In this document: one piece after another, positions 1 to 12,510 of the stretch | Position numbering within the stretch: the stretch's first letter is position 1 | Layout of the letters: every line of letters starts with the position of its first letter | Assembly (NCBI RefSeq): GCF_001194135.2 | Contig: NC_068981.1 | Span: forward strand, 181,195,945-181,259,944 | Reading direction: 5' to 3' | Source: Octopus bimaculoides | Taxonomy: Eukaryota | Length of the DNA: 64,000 nucleotides | The notes under the pieces: generated by a model | What the model saw: the letters and a program-made list of their open reading frames with translations, nothing else | Database searches by the model: none | What the model was told of the DNA's origin: nothing | Program-made: the position numbers and the translations under genes

Positions 1-237
1 CGGGTGGCACATAAAAGACACCATTTCGAGCGTGGCCGTTTTCGTGCGGGTGACACATAAAAGCACCCACTACACTCTCTGAGTGGTTGGCGTTAGGAAG
101 GGCATCCAGCTGTAGAAACTCTGCCAAATCAGACTGGAGCCTGGTGTTGCCATCCGGTTTCACCAGTCCTCAGTCAAATCGTCCAACCCATGCTAGCATG
201 GAAAGCGGACGTTAAACGATGATGATGATGATGATGA
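1..237 (+). mobile_element. Young LINE-tail/SINE repeat ending in (GAT)n
   Basis: GGTTGGCGTTAGGAAGGGCATCCAGC...GGACGTTAAACGATGATGAT with CpGs intact. Related copies near 8820-9120, 11990-12510, 13160-13390(-), 13630-13785, 18095-18310, 35933-36130(-), 60040-60609 and 60890-61130(-). Confidence 0.85.
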
Positions 238-984
238 TATATAATATATTGCACACACATGCGTATATATAAATATATATACATACACATAGAGATAGAG
301 AGAGAGAGAGAGAAAGAAAGAAAGAAATTAATGATATCTTAATCAGCTACTACTATATATTGTTAATAGTAGACCAACCATGTTGAACAATGACAAAACC
401 AATTTATAAGTTGGCGTTCTCTTGAGTTATGCTTCAGAAACACATCAAATGGTGAATGTGTTTCTCAGATGTCATAAAACAATCAAGGAAACAAAACAGC
501 ACTTTTGTCAATAAGAAATATTGGAAATAGAAATACTGATGATAGTGTTCTGAGTGTCAAAATGTCAGATATATAATTCAATAAATTATGTTTACGAGGA
601 GAATTTGATCTTCAAAACTGTGTTGCTAAAACTCACTATCTTGAAATTGATGCCAAGGCTTAATGACATTCATGCAAGGAAGAATATCTGTGAAATGGCA
701 GAGAAGAAAGAACAATTATTTATAAAGCAGAAAACTGAATAAGCTGTTCCTATAGAGATGTGGACAGCTGATTGAAAATCCATCACCATAGATAATCTAT
801 CCTATTGAAAAGTAGTTAGTACTTCTCAGTGGAGAAGTCATTTTACAAGTAAAATGAATAGACATGAACAACCAATGGAAACAGCTTAGACCAGTGGTTC
901 TCAACCATTTTTTGTCTATGGACTCCTTTGATTCTTAATGTATTCTACCGGACCCTCACAGCTGTTCAATGTTTAAAAAATCCT

Positions 985-1503
985 ATCATCATCATCATTT
1001 AACGTGTTTTCCATGTTGGCATGGAATAAGGTTTCTTATTTCTTTATTGCCCACAAGGGGCTAAACATAGAGGGGACAGACAAAGGGATTAAGTCGATTA
1101 CATCAACCCCAGTGTGTAACTGGTACTTAATTTATCGACCCCAAAGGATGAAAGGCAAAGCTGACCTTGGCAGAATTTGAACTCAGAATGTAGTGGCAGA
1201 CAAAAATGCCGCTAAGCATTTCACCTGGTGTGCTAACGTTTCTGCCAGCTCACCCACATGGGATAAGGTTTCTACAGCTGGATACCCTTCCAAACGCCAA
1301 CCATTTTACAGAGTATACTCGGTGCTTTTTACATGGCACCAGCACCCATGAATCCACAAGATTAGGAACACTCAGCTGAAGAAAGATGGAGCAGACATGC
1401 CTGTATACAAGGACAACCACATATTTACTTAGCTTGACATGTCTTCTCAAATACAGCAAACTGCCAGAAGTCTTGGTCCTCTATCATTCCCTCTGTGAGG
1501 CCC
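985..1503 (-). mobile_element. RTE-like LINE 3' end with (GAT)n tail, nested in the hAT element
   Basis: Minus strand encodes GLTEGMIEDQDFWQFAVFEKTCQAK* followed by the 3' UTR and tail shared with the element at 23010-24400. Confidence 0.7.
1032..1256 (-). mobile_element. tRNA-derived SINE (GGTGAGCTGGCAGA-headed family) with target-site duplication
   Basis: Head GGTGAGCTGGCAGAAACGTTAGC, B-box-like GAGTTCAAATTC, tail AAGAAATAAGAAA. Flanked by CATGG(A/G)ATAAGGTTTCT at 1020-1036 and 1257-1273. Older copies lie near 2055-2200, 28320-28525, 43700-43830 and 51080-51230. Confidence 0.8.
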
Positions 1504-1522
1504 TAAATAAATATTATTAGGA

Positions 1523-1906
1523 ACTCTACTCTCTTACTAGTTTCAGTCATTTGACTGTGGCCATGCTGGAGCACCACCTTTAGTCAAGCAAATCAACTCC
1601 AGAACTTATTCTTTGTAAGCCTAGTACTTATTCTATCGGTCTCTATTGCCGAACCGCTAAGTTACAGAGACGTAAACACACCAGCATCAGTTGTCAAGCG
1701 ATGTTAAGGGGGACAAACACAGACACACACATATATATATATACATACGACGGGCTTCTTTCAGTTTCTGTCTACCAAATCCACTCACAAGGCTTTGGTC
1801 GGCCCGAGGCTATAGTAGAAGACACTTGCCCGAGGTGCCACGCAGTGGGAGTGAACCCAGAACCATGTGGTTGTTAAGCAAGCTACTTACCACACAGCCA
1901 CTCCTG
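1523..1906 (-). mobile_element. Full-length tRNA-derived SINE (GGCTGTGTGGTAAG-headed family)
   Basis: A-box/B-box-like head, internal (TG/TA)n tract, tail GACTGAAAC.AGTAAGAGAGT. This is the most abundant repeat in the window. Confidence 0.85.
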
Positions 1907-3264
1907 TAGAAAAAAATTGTTTAAATATTTTATATATTGCAAAGTACAAGCAATTTATTGCACAAAAATTTTGATGAAATCTTATATGCCCCTCCCCCGA
2001 CCAAATGGACCCCAGTTGAGAACCCCTGCTTTAGACCTTGTACAAGGATGTTTAAAGTTGGCACAGCACTGCCTAAGTTGTTAAAGCGTTGGATTGATTG
2101 CCTCATGGTATTTGTTCTCTCTGTGCTCAGTTCAAATCCTAGCAAAGTCAGCTTTACTTTTAATCCTGTTAGAATAGTAACAAATCCAGGTTGGTGCATT
2201 GGTGTAACGGTAAGAAAGTTGTGAAGTATCTGTTCTGGTTCTTTGAGTTCTAGCCCCAAAGCCTGTGATGACAATGGTGCCAAGCTGTACCAGCTTAAGT
2301 CAGCAATCTTTCCTCTGGATAAACACCAGTAGCAAGAAGACTTGCATGCATGAGTAACTACTAGTTTTCTTCAAGCCTACTCAGGCCTAGACATAAATGT
2401 GAAGTAGGACAGTCAACCTTGACTAATGGGTTCCTGCCACCACCAGCCAGAATTGAAAGAGAATGCAGTTAAAAAAGATGTTACATGTTAATTTAATGTG
2501 CTAAACTTCTTTTTGTTCATGTATATCAAATTATAGATAGATATATACAAGATTTACACAGATACAAGAGTTAGAACTTGCGGTCTGCCCACGGATCTTT
2601 TTCTTTGGAAATTTTTGCCCACTGCACTAAAGAATTGATGAAAGAGATACAAGTTTGAAAAATAGGTTGATATCAAAAGCCTGAAAATGTGAAAAATGAT
2701 GCTTCAGACCATTTTTTCAAGGTAACTTTGTACCACTAATCATTTTATTACAGTGACACACACAGGCCAACAGGATACTATGTAATAGCAAGGTTGTATC
2801 ACTGGGTCATGGAATTCAAAATAACTCTTCAATAATCCTCATCCTTTTAAAGAATAAATTTATTGTTAATTCAGCATTTCACCACATTTCTCTTACTTAT
2901 CCACTTTATCTATTACGAGTAGACTGCATAATAGACATAACAGGTATGATTTAACAACTTTCCTAGTCAAATAAACACCTTAACCACAAAGACATCATCA
3001 GGCAACTCTCAAAAATTATAAGTGGCATAGCAATGCAGACAAGAAGTTTAACTTCTTTTTCTTGTAAATAAAAAATATTTTACTAACACAACAATTGGGT
3101 TTGTCGGTTATAAAACATTTACTCGGGCAATCAGCTTATTCACCCTGTATGCAAGAAACAGATTTATGTTTAACTTGAAAAAAATTCTTTTAGCAAGACA
3201 CTCGGTCTCAACTCTTTCCCCACCCCAAACAAAATTCAAATTAACACTGACACACCAATCATAA

Positions 3265-3489
3265 TTAACCCTTTAGCATTCAGATTGCTCTGCCAAATGT
3301 AACGCTTATTTATTCATATTGTTTTGAATTAATCAGGTGTTATCTCATAGCTTCAAGATTTCAATGATGTGATTATTTTCACAATGACATTGTACGGTAG
3401 GTGTGAAAGACTGGATCTGATCAGTTTGAAACGTGAAATAGGTAGAATATATGAGCCAGATATGGCTGATTTAAATACTAAAGTGTTAA
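3265..3489. mobile_element. TTAA-flanked piggyBac-type MITE (CCCTTTAGCATT termini)
   Basis: TTAA|CCCTTTAGCATT ... AATACTAAAGTG|TTAA, about 220 bp. Other copies: 32928-33751 (interrupted), 43449-43673, 55494-55715 and 63399-63634. Confidence 0.8.
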
Positions 3490-4079
3490 GGTATAGTTTA
3501 ATATTATTCAAAGAAATCCATTTAGATTGTAAAAATGTTCAATATGGAATGAACTTAAGTGATCTTCTTATAGCTCACATTCGTTTTCACCAAGGTAATG
3601 CATGGACACAAATATCTCTACACTATTAACAAAAGTAAGCAAAGGAACAATGCATTATCTGAAAAACAATTTTAAAACCAGCTTTGAAGTACAAGTAAAA
3701 ATAACTAATCCATTTGGTAATGACCAAAACTTTTGGGTTATTTTCTAGTATTTTGAACATTTCAAATTCCCAACATATATAAGAATCTAACACAAAAGAT
3801 TACAAAAAAACTAGACACAACAACAGGTTCTTATGTTAGAAAAGAATTTGCCATTGTGTTAGGCCAGGACTGATGACTGTAAAGGGACAGCTTAACCCTT
3901 TCAAAACCAACCCGATTGAGGCCATTCCTGGTTCTATGGTACAAACTTGTTTTGAAGTGATCTAAATTCAAATTCCCATTAAAATTGTGTGTTAATTTGT
4001 GTTCTAAAATTCACCTGAATAATGAGACATTATTTTAGTATATTCTTCATAATGTTTTAAATTAATTGAAATAAAGAGG

Positions 4080-4735
4080 ACAATTGAGAGTTAACCATGA
4101 GTATAGTAAAGAATTTGGTAGGAGTTCATCAAAGCTCAGTCCCTTCTTTATCATCTTTGTCCTCCAGGCCATAACAGAGGAATTCAAAACCAGCAGCCTC
4201 TGGGAACTACTATATGCTAATAATCTTGCCCTCATAGCAGATTCCATATCAAAGCTAGAAGAGAAATTTCAAGTGTGGAAGCAAAACCTGGAATTTAAGA
4301 GTATTAAGGTTAACTTAGCAAAGAAAACTGACAGCACCCAACCCCACTCAGGTAGGTGACCTTGTTCAATTTATAGGACAAGTGTAGGCAGGAACTCCAT
4401 ACAGTGTACTCAGTGTAAGCTATGGACACACAAGAGGTGCAGTAGATAAATAGCTAAGTTATCAGAAAAGATAGTTTCTGTATGTGGAAGATGCACAGGA
4501 TCCATAAAAACTTTAGAGACACAGGAAATTCTCTCAAATGCCCTGGTGGCCCATTAGTAGCAGTAGATAACTTCTGTTACCTAGGGGGCAGGATGCACAG
4601 AGAATGTGACAGCTAGAATAAGAATAGGATGGAAGAAATTCAAAGAGCTGTTACCTCTGTTGGCCACAAAAGGTTTCTCTCTCTGAGTGAAAGGAAGATT
4701 GTATGATGCATGTATACAGACAGCAATAGATATGG
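4080..4735 (+). mobile_element. RTE-like LINE reverse-transcriptase fragment
   Basis: KLSPFFIIFVLQAITEEFKTSSLWELLYANNLALIA (a decayed LYADD motif) and KVNLAKK, followed by broken downstream ORF2 with RIRIGWKKFKELLPLL. Confidence 0.8.
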
Positions 4736-4769
4736 CTGAAGCATATATGTTATACTAAAATAATTTAGA

Positions 4770-5220
4770 CATTTCAGCTGAAGACTGGCCCAGGCCAGTC
4801 TTTGGCTGAACAGATCCTATCAGGTGGTGCTATTTGGTCAATTTCAAGTCAAGTTTTGTGGTATCATGGCCCATGCAGGTAGGGAGGAGTTGTTGACTGA
4901 GATGTATCCAAGTATAGGTGACTTATCTGGTATCCCTTGAAGAGATTTGTCTAGGTTTCATTTGAAGATGATAGGATCTTTTCCTTTTTTGATTAGTTTT
5001 GGAACAACGTCAAATAGAGCAGGAATTTCGTTGAAGTGAATTTATGTGTTGCAATCCTGAACTGTGTAGGAGGCGTATGATGAATTCTGAATATGATGAT
5101 GAGGTGATTTGGGCAATACTGGTGGTATATTCTCCACATTGTGCAAATGATGTAGCACTCACGATGGCGCTGGAGAATAAAGTTTCAATCTTTTAAGGTG
5201 GTCCCAATAATCAAGTCAGT
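4770..5220 (-). mobile_element. CR1-like LINE ORF2 3' fragment
   Basis: Minus strand gives LKRLKLYS.QR..., then FK*NLDKSLQGIPDK...GY...NNSSLPAW, a typical CR1 C-terminus. Confidence 0.6.
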
Positions 5221-5256
5221 CATACCTTCTATTCTTTTCAGTGATTGCTCTCTCTC

Positions 5257-5257
5257 A

Positions 5258-5306
<49 letters not shown>
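5257..5306. repeat. (TA)n microsatellite, representative of many
   Basis: Pure TA run. Other (TA)n, (CA)n, (GA)n, (TACA)n and (TAG)n tracts occur throughout, for example 8097-8126, 19810-19911, 23930-23972, 36508-36540, 43985-44198, 45050-46030, 50737-50769 and 57428-59032. Confidence 0.95.
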
Positions 5307-5307
<1 letters not shown>

Positions 5308-6112
5308 CATGGCTGGCTTGCCCACAGATTAGTCAATTTTATAATAGTGATTTTATTAGCCAGACAAACACTTCATTTAGTGTAGTATAATACTTAGATA
5401 TGCTGTTTCAGATATAAGAGGGAAAGGTTGTTCTATAGCTCTGAGGAAATAATTCAATTCTTCTTAGCTAATATGAGATCATATGATAAGTCACAGGGGG
5501 AAGGTAAATTATTAACTATATAGAAACTCAGTCAATTCTATACAGAAATCACTAAAAATATCTTATAGATACCAACTAAGCCTATCTTGCTAAAAATAGT
5601 CTTTCTTAAATACATACAATAAACCAAAACTGTAGCAATATTTATCAAGAGTAAACATAACTAATCATAAATAGACATGTAAAATTTCAACTTAAGTTCA
5701 ACCAAGTAAAATAGCTAATGAGTCAAGATTTGATAAATGTATCTAAAATGACATGTAGGACCTCAGAAAGATCAAGACTTTGTTATATAGCATCCTTATC
5801 CATCCAAGCTACTTTAATATATATTTTTTTAAGTTGTTAAACTTAGTTATAAAAGTGGAGTAATGTCTTAAAACAGGATAAGTTAACCCTATTGAATAAA
5901 AGTAAATATATATACACTCTATGAAGTGGTATGAAATACAAGTGTTGGGAAGAGAAATGAGAACCTTTGTTGCTTTTAATTCATATCAATGTCATTTAAG
6001 ACATTTATTTCAAAACAACTCTGTAAAAGCAGGTAATATATATATCTTCCCAATTTATGACCCATTGGTCATCCACCCTTCAATCTTACACAATCTTCAC
6101 ACTGTACAGTTG

Positions 6113-6436
6113 TGAAGGCACATGGCTTAGTGGTTAGGGCATTCGGCTCACAATCGTAAGGTCACGAGTTTGATTCCCGGTGATGCGTTGTGTCCTTGAG
6201 CAAGACACTTTATTTCACGTTGCTCCAGTCCACTCAGCTGGCAAAAATGAATAGTACCTGTATTTCAAAGGGCCGGCCTTGTCACACTATGTGTCACGCT
6301 GAGTCTCCCTGAGAACTACGTTAGGGGTACACGTGTCTGTGGATTGCTCAGTCACTTGCACGTTAATCTCATGAGCAGGCTGTTCCGTTGATCGTATCAG
6401 CTGGGATCCTCGTTGTCATAACCAACGAAGTGCTCC
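6113..6436 (+). mobile_element. tRNA-derived SINE, third family (GGCTTAGTGGTTAGG head)
   Basis: Head TGGCTTAGTGGTTAGG...GAGTTTGATTCCCGG, body CCAGTCCACTCAGCTGGCAAAAATG, end GGAGTGCTCC-like. Confidence 0.8.
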
Positions 6437-8094
6437 TATCTATATATATTAGAATGGTGTTAACCTGTCAACTTTTCAAGTGTGAATAGCATATTTCAGC
6501 AAGTCATACTAATGCAAATAGTTATTGTGCTTGGTCCAGCATCATCATTCAAAATCCACTTTCCAAGCCTACATGGGTCAGGCCAAATTTGTTGAGATGG
6601 TTTCTCTAAAGCCAGATGCCCTTCCTCACACCAACCCTTACCCGTTTCTAAGCAAGGTAATATTTTCCTACAACTGGACTCCTGTTTCATGGAAGACTGG
6701 AAATGAACAACCTCTCTTACATAACGATTATACTCATTTACAAGCATCACATCTTTTCTACACAAGGATACACACAAACACACAAGCTTCTTTCAGTTTC
6801 TATCTACCAAATCCACTCAGAAGGCTTTTGTTAGCACAAGGCTATAGGGTTGAAGACATTTGCCCAAGATGCTATGCAGTAGGACTGAACCCAAGATCAT
6901 AGGTTTGGTAAGCAAGTGTCTTAACCACAGAGCCATACCTACCTATAATGTACAGCAGCTGTACATTATGATTATAACAAGTTTTGAACTGATAACCTAA
7001 TGGTTAATAATCTGTCATCTTCACAAACATCCTATGCATATATTCAACATCAAGCTATAAAAATGCTGTTCCGAGAATGTAAGCTTTAGTCAGCCTGAGG
7101 GTATAATAGGACACTTGCCCAAGGTGTCACACAGCAAGACAAAACCTGAAATAATATGGTTGGGAAACAATTTTCTTAACCACACACCCATACTTTGCAC
7201 CTATACACTTGCCCAAGATTCCATGCAGTGGGACTGAAATCAAAAACATGAGGTTGAGAAGCAAACTTCTTAACCACACAGCTACACCTACATCTATCAT
7301 AGCCACACCTGCACCTAAGTGTAAGCGATGACAAATTAATAAAACAGACTTTACAGCTGTCTCAGACCTGAGTAAGCAGTATTACAGTATATGCATTACC
7401 TGTTAAGTTTACATCTCAACTACAATCTGTGTACATGCATACAAACACACACACATGTATAATATACGAAGACGGATATACAATGAATCAATGTTTTTAT
7501 AGAGTAAAGCAGATTTTTTTATACATATAAATGACATCACATTCTATCTTTCTCTCTCCCCCACTATAATTATGATTATCGAACAGAGCGGAATGAGTAT
7601 GTTTAATGTTTGACAATATTGGTTACGATGAAGACAAGTGGTAACAGGGAAGAAAACCAATCAAAAATACTTTAAAAGCATCTATTGGTGTAAACATAAG
7701 GCATCATAGTTGCCTCCAACTCTTTCTCTTTCCTTATTTAGTTTTACTATGTTGCCAAGGTAGGTACTTCATCAATTATATCAGTTTTTAACCTATGTAG
7801 TTCTCATATGCCATATAGAACACATTTCAGTTAACAGCAATTTGCAAGCAAGAAACAAACACATTTTCAGACATAAAAACTTCACCAGACTTTTAAGACT
7901 GAGTGAAATCACTTCATATAATTTTAGCTAAACAATGACAAGCATGGCTTGGCTGTGTGATCAAGAAGCTTGCTTCAGAACCACATGGATTGCCATTCAG
8001 TTCCACTATGTGGGCAGTGCTAGATGGTGTCCACTACTATAGCCACCAGTTGACCAATATAATGAGTGAAATTGGTAGATGGAAACTGAAGCCC

Positions 8095-8126
<32 letters not shown>

Positions 8127-8128
<2 letters not shown>

Positions 8129-8710
8129 TATATACCACTAAAACTTTGTAATTGCTTGCGTGCTTGTCTGTAATTTAATACAGCCAAAACAGCACATAAT
8201 GGGAAAATACTCAAAGTAAGGTACCCCTGAAATGTGAATACAAATGGAATAAAACAAGTTTCAGGTAAATCAGATCACGGATTCTGGAGATATGTGGCTT
8301 TTTGGAATACCTTCATAGACAGTCAAAATGGCACATAATGGGAAAATACCCCGAAAGTAACATAACCCTGAAATAGAACTATATAATACTGTGAAAATTG
8401 TTTCCATTAATTTTGTTTACATTATCTAACAATTCCTTTTGTATTTTTGTAGAAGTGTGCACATATGTCAAATAAATGTTGTTACTGGAGATCAAGTTTA
8501 TCCCGGAAGTTCTATTTCTATGAGATGCTGTAAATAATCAATAAAACCTTAAACATGGACTTGTAAGCCAGACCTATGATGACACAAATGAATTGAAATA
8601 TTTAACTGAATCATCATAAAATTAACTTTCATTTCAATGCCATGTTGAAATCAGCTTCAATGTTTTATAACCTAAACCGTCAATGACCCAATGGGTCACG
8701 GGTAGTCTAG
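8127..8710 (+). mobile_element. Probable non-autonomous Helitron
   Basis: Starts TCTATATACC. Ends with the hairpin TGACCC-AAT-GGGTCA, then CGGGTAGT and CTAG before a T. Internal direct repeat CACATAATGGGAAAATAC..AAAGTAA..CCCTGAAAT at about 8193 and 8332. The base 5' of the TC is G rather than the canonical A, as it abuts a (TG)n tract. Confidence 0.55.
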
Positions 8711-8772
8711 TATACATATAAACCTGAGACCATGTAGTTGGGAAGTAAGCTTTTTAACCACCCAGCCACACC

Positions 8773-8811
<39 letters not shown>

Positions 8812-10128
8812 TATATACCGCCTGACTGGCCTTTGTAGGGTTTTCGAGCGAGATCGTTGCCAGTGCCCCTGGACTGGCTCTTGTGCGGGTGGCACATAAA
8901 AGACACCATTTCGAGCGTGGCCGTTTTCGTGCGGGTGACACATAAAAGCACCCACTACACTCTCTGAGTGGTTGGCGTTAGGAAGGGCATCCAGCTGTAG
9001 AAACTCTGCCAAATTAGATTGGAGCCTGGTGTTGCCATCCGGTTTCACCAGTCCTCAGTCAAATCGTCCAACCCGTGCTAGCATGGAAGGCGGACGTTAA
9101 ACGATGATGATGATGATGATACACACACACACACAGAGGCAGCATAGCTGTGTGTTAAGAAGCTTACTTCCTAACCATGTGGTCTCGAGTTCAATCCCAA
9201 TGAGTGGCACCTTGGGCAAGTTTCTTCTAATAGTCTCAAGTCAGCCAAAAACTTGTGAGTGGATTTGGTAGAGAGAAACTGAAAAGAAACCCAACATACG
9301 TGTGTGTGAAAGACCTTGTCTTGACATCACATGACGGATGCAAATGATCATCACAGTCATACAAGTGATGCTATTTGTTCCAGTCTTCTATGTAAAATGT
9401 CTGACCACAGGAAAATATTACCTAGTGGGGGAAACAAGTGAAGGTTGGAAACAGGAAGAGCATCCAGCTGTACAAAATCTGTCTCAACAAATTCTGCCTG
9501 CGCCATGCAAAAAAAAAGTAGACATCAAATGATGATGACGATGATGTTGTATGTGTGCAAGAGCCTTCATATTTCCCTTTGTCTTTGCATGTGTTCACTG
9601 ATTGTAAACAAAAGCCTCACTGTCCACACAGAAGGTATTCTATGTTTGCAGTCCACTGAGAAGGCATGCCCACCCTTCTCAACATGTCACAAGATCTTTG
9701 TGACAAAAGGCCCATTCAAACTATGTTGTTGGTTTCCAGTTTTCCTCATGACTATGCCTGGGCTGTTCATTATTCAACAGCCTGAGGAATTATTGCCTTG
9801 CTTGGGAATAGGTGAGGGTTGGTGTCAGGAAGGGCACCCAGCCGTAGATAATCTACCCCCATGCAAGTACAGAAAAGTAGATACTATGATGATGAAGAAT
9901 CAATTAATAAAGAGTAGCAGGAAGAAAGCATGGCTGTTTGGTAAGAAGTTTGCTTCCAACCACATGGTTCTGGGTTCAGTCCCAGGTACCTTGAGAAAAT
10001 GTCTTCTACTAAGCTTTATGAATGGATTTGGTAGATGGAAATTGAAAGAAGCCCATCATGTATGTGTGTGTGTATGTGAGTATATGTGTGAGTATGTATG
10101 AGGGTGTGTATGTGTGCATCTCTATTTG

Positions 10129-10164
<36 letters not shown>

Positions 10165-11989
10165 TCCACTACCAACTGGTTTGTTTACATTCCCATAACT
10201 TAGCAGTTCAGCAAAAGAGACCAATAGAATAAGTACCAGGTTTAAAATCTAAGTCCTGAGGTTGATATGTTCAACTAAAACCTTTGAAAGTGGTGCCTCA
10301 GCATAACCACAGTCCAATGACTAAAACAGCTAGAAGAAAATATTGGAATTTATTCTTTATAACTTACAGATCCCATCACCACAACAAAAAATCTATATAT
10401 TGCTAAGAAATTTCTGGAAGTCAATAACCAAAAATACTAAGCATCATTTTTTGAAACATGACTACACATCTTATATTTATTTATTTTAGATAATACATGC
10501 TTAGAGACAAGTTCTAGATGCAATTTGGTGCAGTTTTGTCAATGTTTTTGTTCTGCTGCTAATATTGGTAAGAACCAGGCGTGGAATGTCCCAACTAGCT
10601 CTATTTACATCCGTGTTTTACTGGAATGTATTGCAAAAACATATCCAAGAAGACTACATCGATCACAGAATTAAAAATAATTGACAGAAAAATCAATAAA
10701 GGAGTAACAAAATCTAGTACTGAAATCAATTGTTTCTCACTTGCTGAGACTTAGCTATTCAATTACCATATTCCTAAATAGAACCAGAGCTCTAGGTGCA
10801 GAGATTTCTATTAAATAAATATAAAATCAGCAAAAAAAATAAAGAAATGAAGAGTTCCTCCCCATCACAAAAGGTATACACACACAGCCACAGTTATTTA
10901 TATACATATATATAAAAACAAACATATATATATAGGTACAGGCATGGCTGAGTGCTAAGAAGTTTGCTTCCCAAACACATGGTCGTGGGTTCAACCCCAC
11001 TGTGTAGCACCATGGGGATATTCCACTAAAGCCTAAGGCCAACCAAAGCCTTATAAGTAGATATGGTAGATGGAAACAAAGAATCCGGTTATGTTTGTAC
11101 CTTTTGTATTTGTCCCGTATTTTGACAACTAGTGTTGGTGCGTTTATGTCCTCATAACTTAGCAGTTTGGAAAAAGAGACTGATAGAGTAAGTACCAGGA
11201 TTTAAAAAAACAAAAAGCAGCGGGGGGTCAATTCATTTGACTAAAAATTCTTCAAGGTGATGCCCCAGCATGGCCACAGTCTAATGACTGAAACAAGTGA
11301 AAAAAAAAGATATATAAATATCTGTTTGTCATATGTAAGACAAACAGTAAATCATTCAATTGGCCTTTTAGTCAACTATATAATACATCATCGGGTTGAG
11401 TAAGAAATGACTAACAACAGCTTAAATTGTGTCCAGCACACCTTTAGATAATTATATTGTCTTTAACATAATTGTTTTATTGTTTTATGGTATTAGTCCA
11501 GAGGAAGACATTGTAAGCAGGACTTGGTACTAGGCTAGTTCAATTGATGAGTTTCACATTCAGCTGCAAGCCACTGATCATAGGAAAAGAGTGAGTGGGG
11601 AAAGAAGTTCCAAAGGGGTTGATATAGTAAGGAAGAATGTTGGGTAAGGGGTTTTCAAAGATTGACTTCTAGATATCTGCAGTGACTAACTACATCTTTG
11701 TATTGTCAAAGGAGTAAAGATTGTCATGTCCTAACAGAAAAATGTTTTGGGGCTACATTCATCCCCATTTAAAAGTGAATGGTGTGTCAGAACACTCAAT
11801 ACTGTGGTAGTTACAATGAGAGAACCTCTCATATGGTTTTGTGGTGCATATAAGCAAGCAGGAGACAATCATCAGTGTCTTCACCACCAGGACTACCAGA
11901 TCATGTGATTTTGGCCTCCAGTGGGCTTATCAGAATACAATTAAAGTGATAAAAGCAGTATCAATATCATAAGGTAATACTTATCACCA

Positions 11990-12510
11990 TTGGACACTAA
12001 ACTCTGCTTGCGAAGACCTGTTGGGGCAAGTGAAATTGAAATTGAACCATATTCGATGACTGGCACCTGTGCTAGTGGAGCACTAACAGCACTGTCCGAG
12101 CGTGATCATTGCCAGAGCAGCTGCCTGGCTTCCGTGCTAGTGGCCTGTAAATAGCACCATTTGGGCGTGATCATTACCAGCGTCGCCTTACTGGCACTTG
12201 TGCCTGTGGCATGTTAGAAAATCATTCGAGTGAGATCGTTGCCAGTGCCGCTGGACTGACTCCTGTGCAGGTGGCTCGAAAAAAATACCATTTTGAGCGT
12301 GGCCATTGCCAGTACCGTGTGACTGGTCTTCATGCTGGTGGCACATAAAAGCACCCACTACACTCTCGGAATGGTTGGCGTTAGGAAGGGCATCCAGCTG
12401 TAGAAACTCTGCCAGATCAGATTGGAGCCTAGTGCAGCCATCCGGTTCACCAGTCCTCAGTCAAATTGTCCAACCCATGCTAGCATGGAAAACGGACGTT
12501 AAACGATGAT
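11990..12510 (+). mobile_element. Long copy of the (GAT)n-tailed repeat with five internal ~66-bp units
   Basis: ACTGGC-like anchors at about 12059, 12124, 12190, 12255 and 12322, followed by the standard tail. Confidence 0.8.

Larger units (their letters stand above)
892..2028. mobile_element. hAT (Charlie-like) non-autonomous element carrying nested insertions
   Basis: TIRs CAGTGGTTCTCAAC / GTTGAGAACCCCTG. Imperfect 8-bp flanks GCTTAGAC / CTTTAGAC with a central TA. Confidence 0.75.

Noticed and set aside
1860-1906. tRNA genes at SINE heads (also 6113-6190, 29418-29490)
   Set aside because: A- and B-box-like motifs are present, but there is no complete cloverleaf and they continue into SINE bodies.
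7345-7420. Second hammerhead-like remnant (GAGACAGCTGTA on the minus strand)
   Set aside because: The GAAA is mutated and no CUGANGA or stem II is recognisable.
9445-10101. 218-aa ORF
   Set aside because: It is stitched from repeat tails, a SINE and microsatellite sequence, with no recognisable domain.
12040-12360. CRISPR-like array of ~66-bp units
   Set aside because: The units are diverged whole-unit tandem repeats without unique spacers. They are embedded in a dispersed eukaryotic retroposon, and no cas genes are present.
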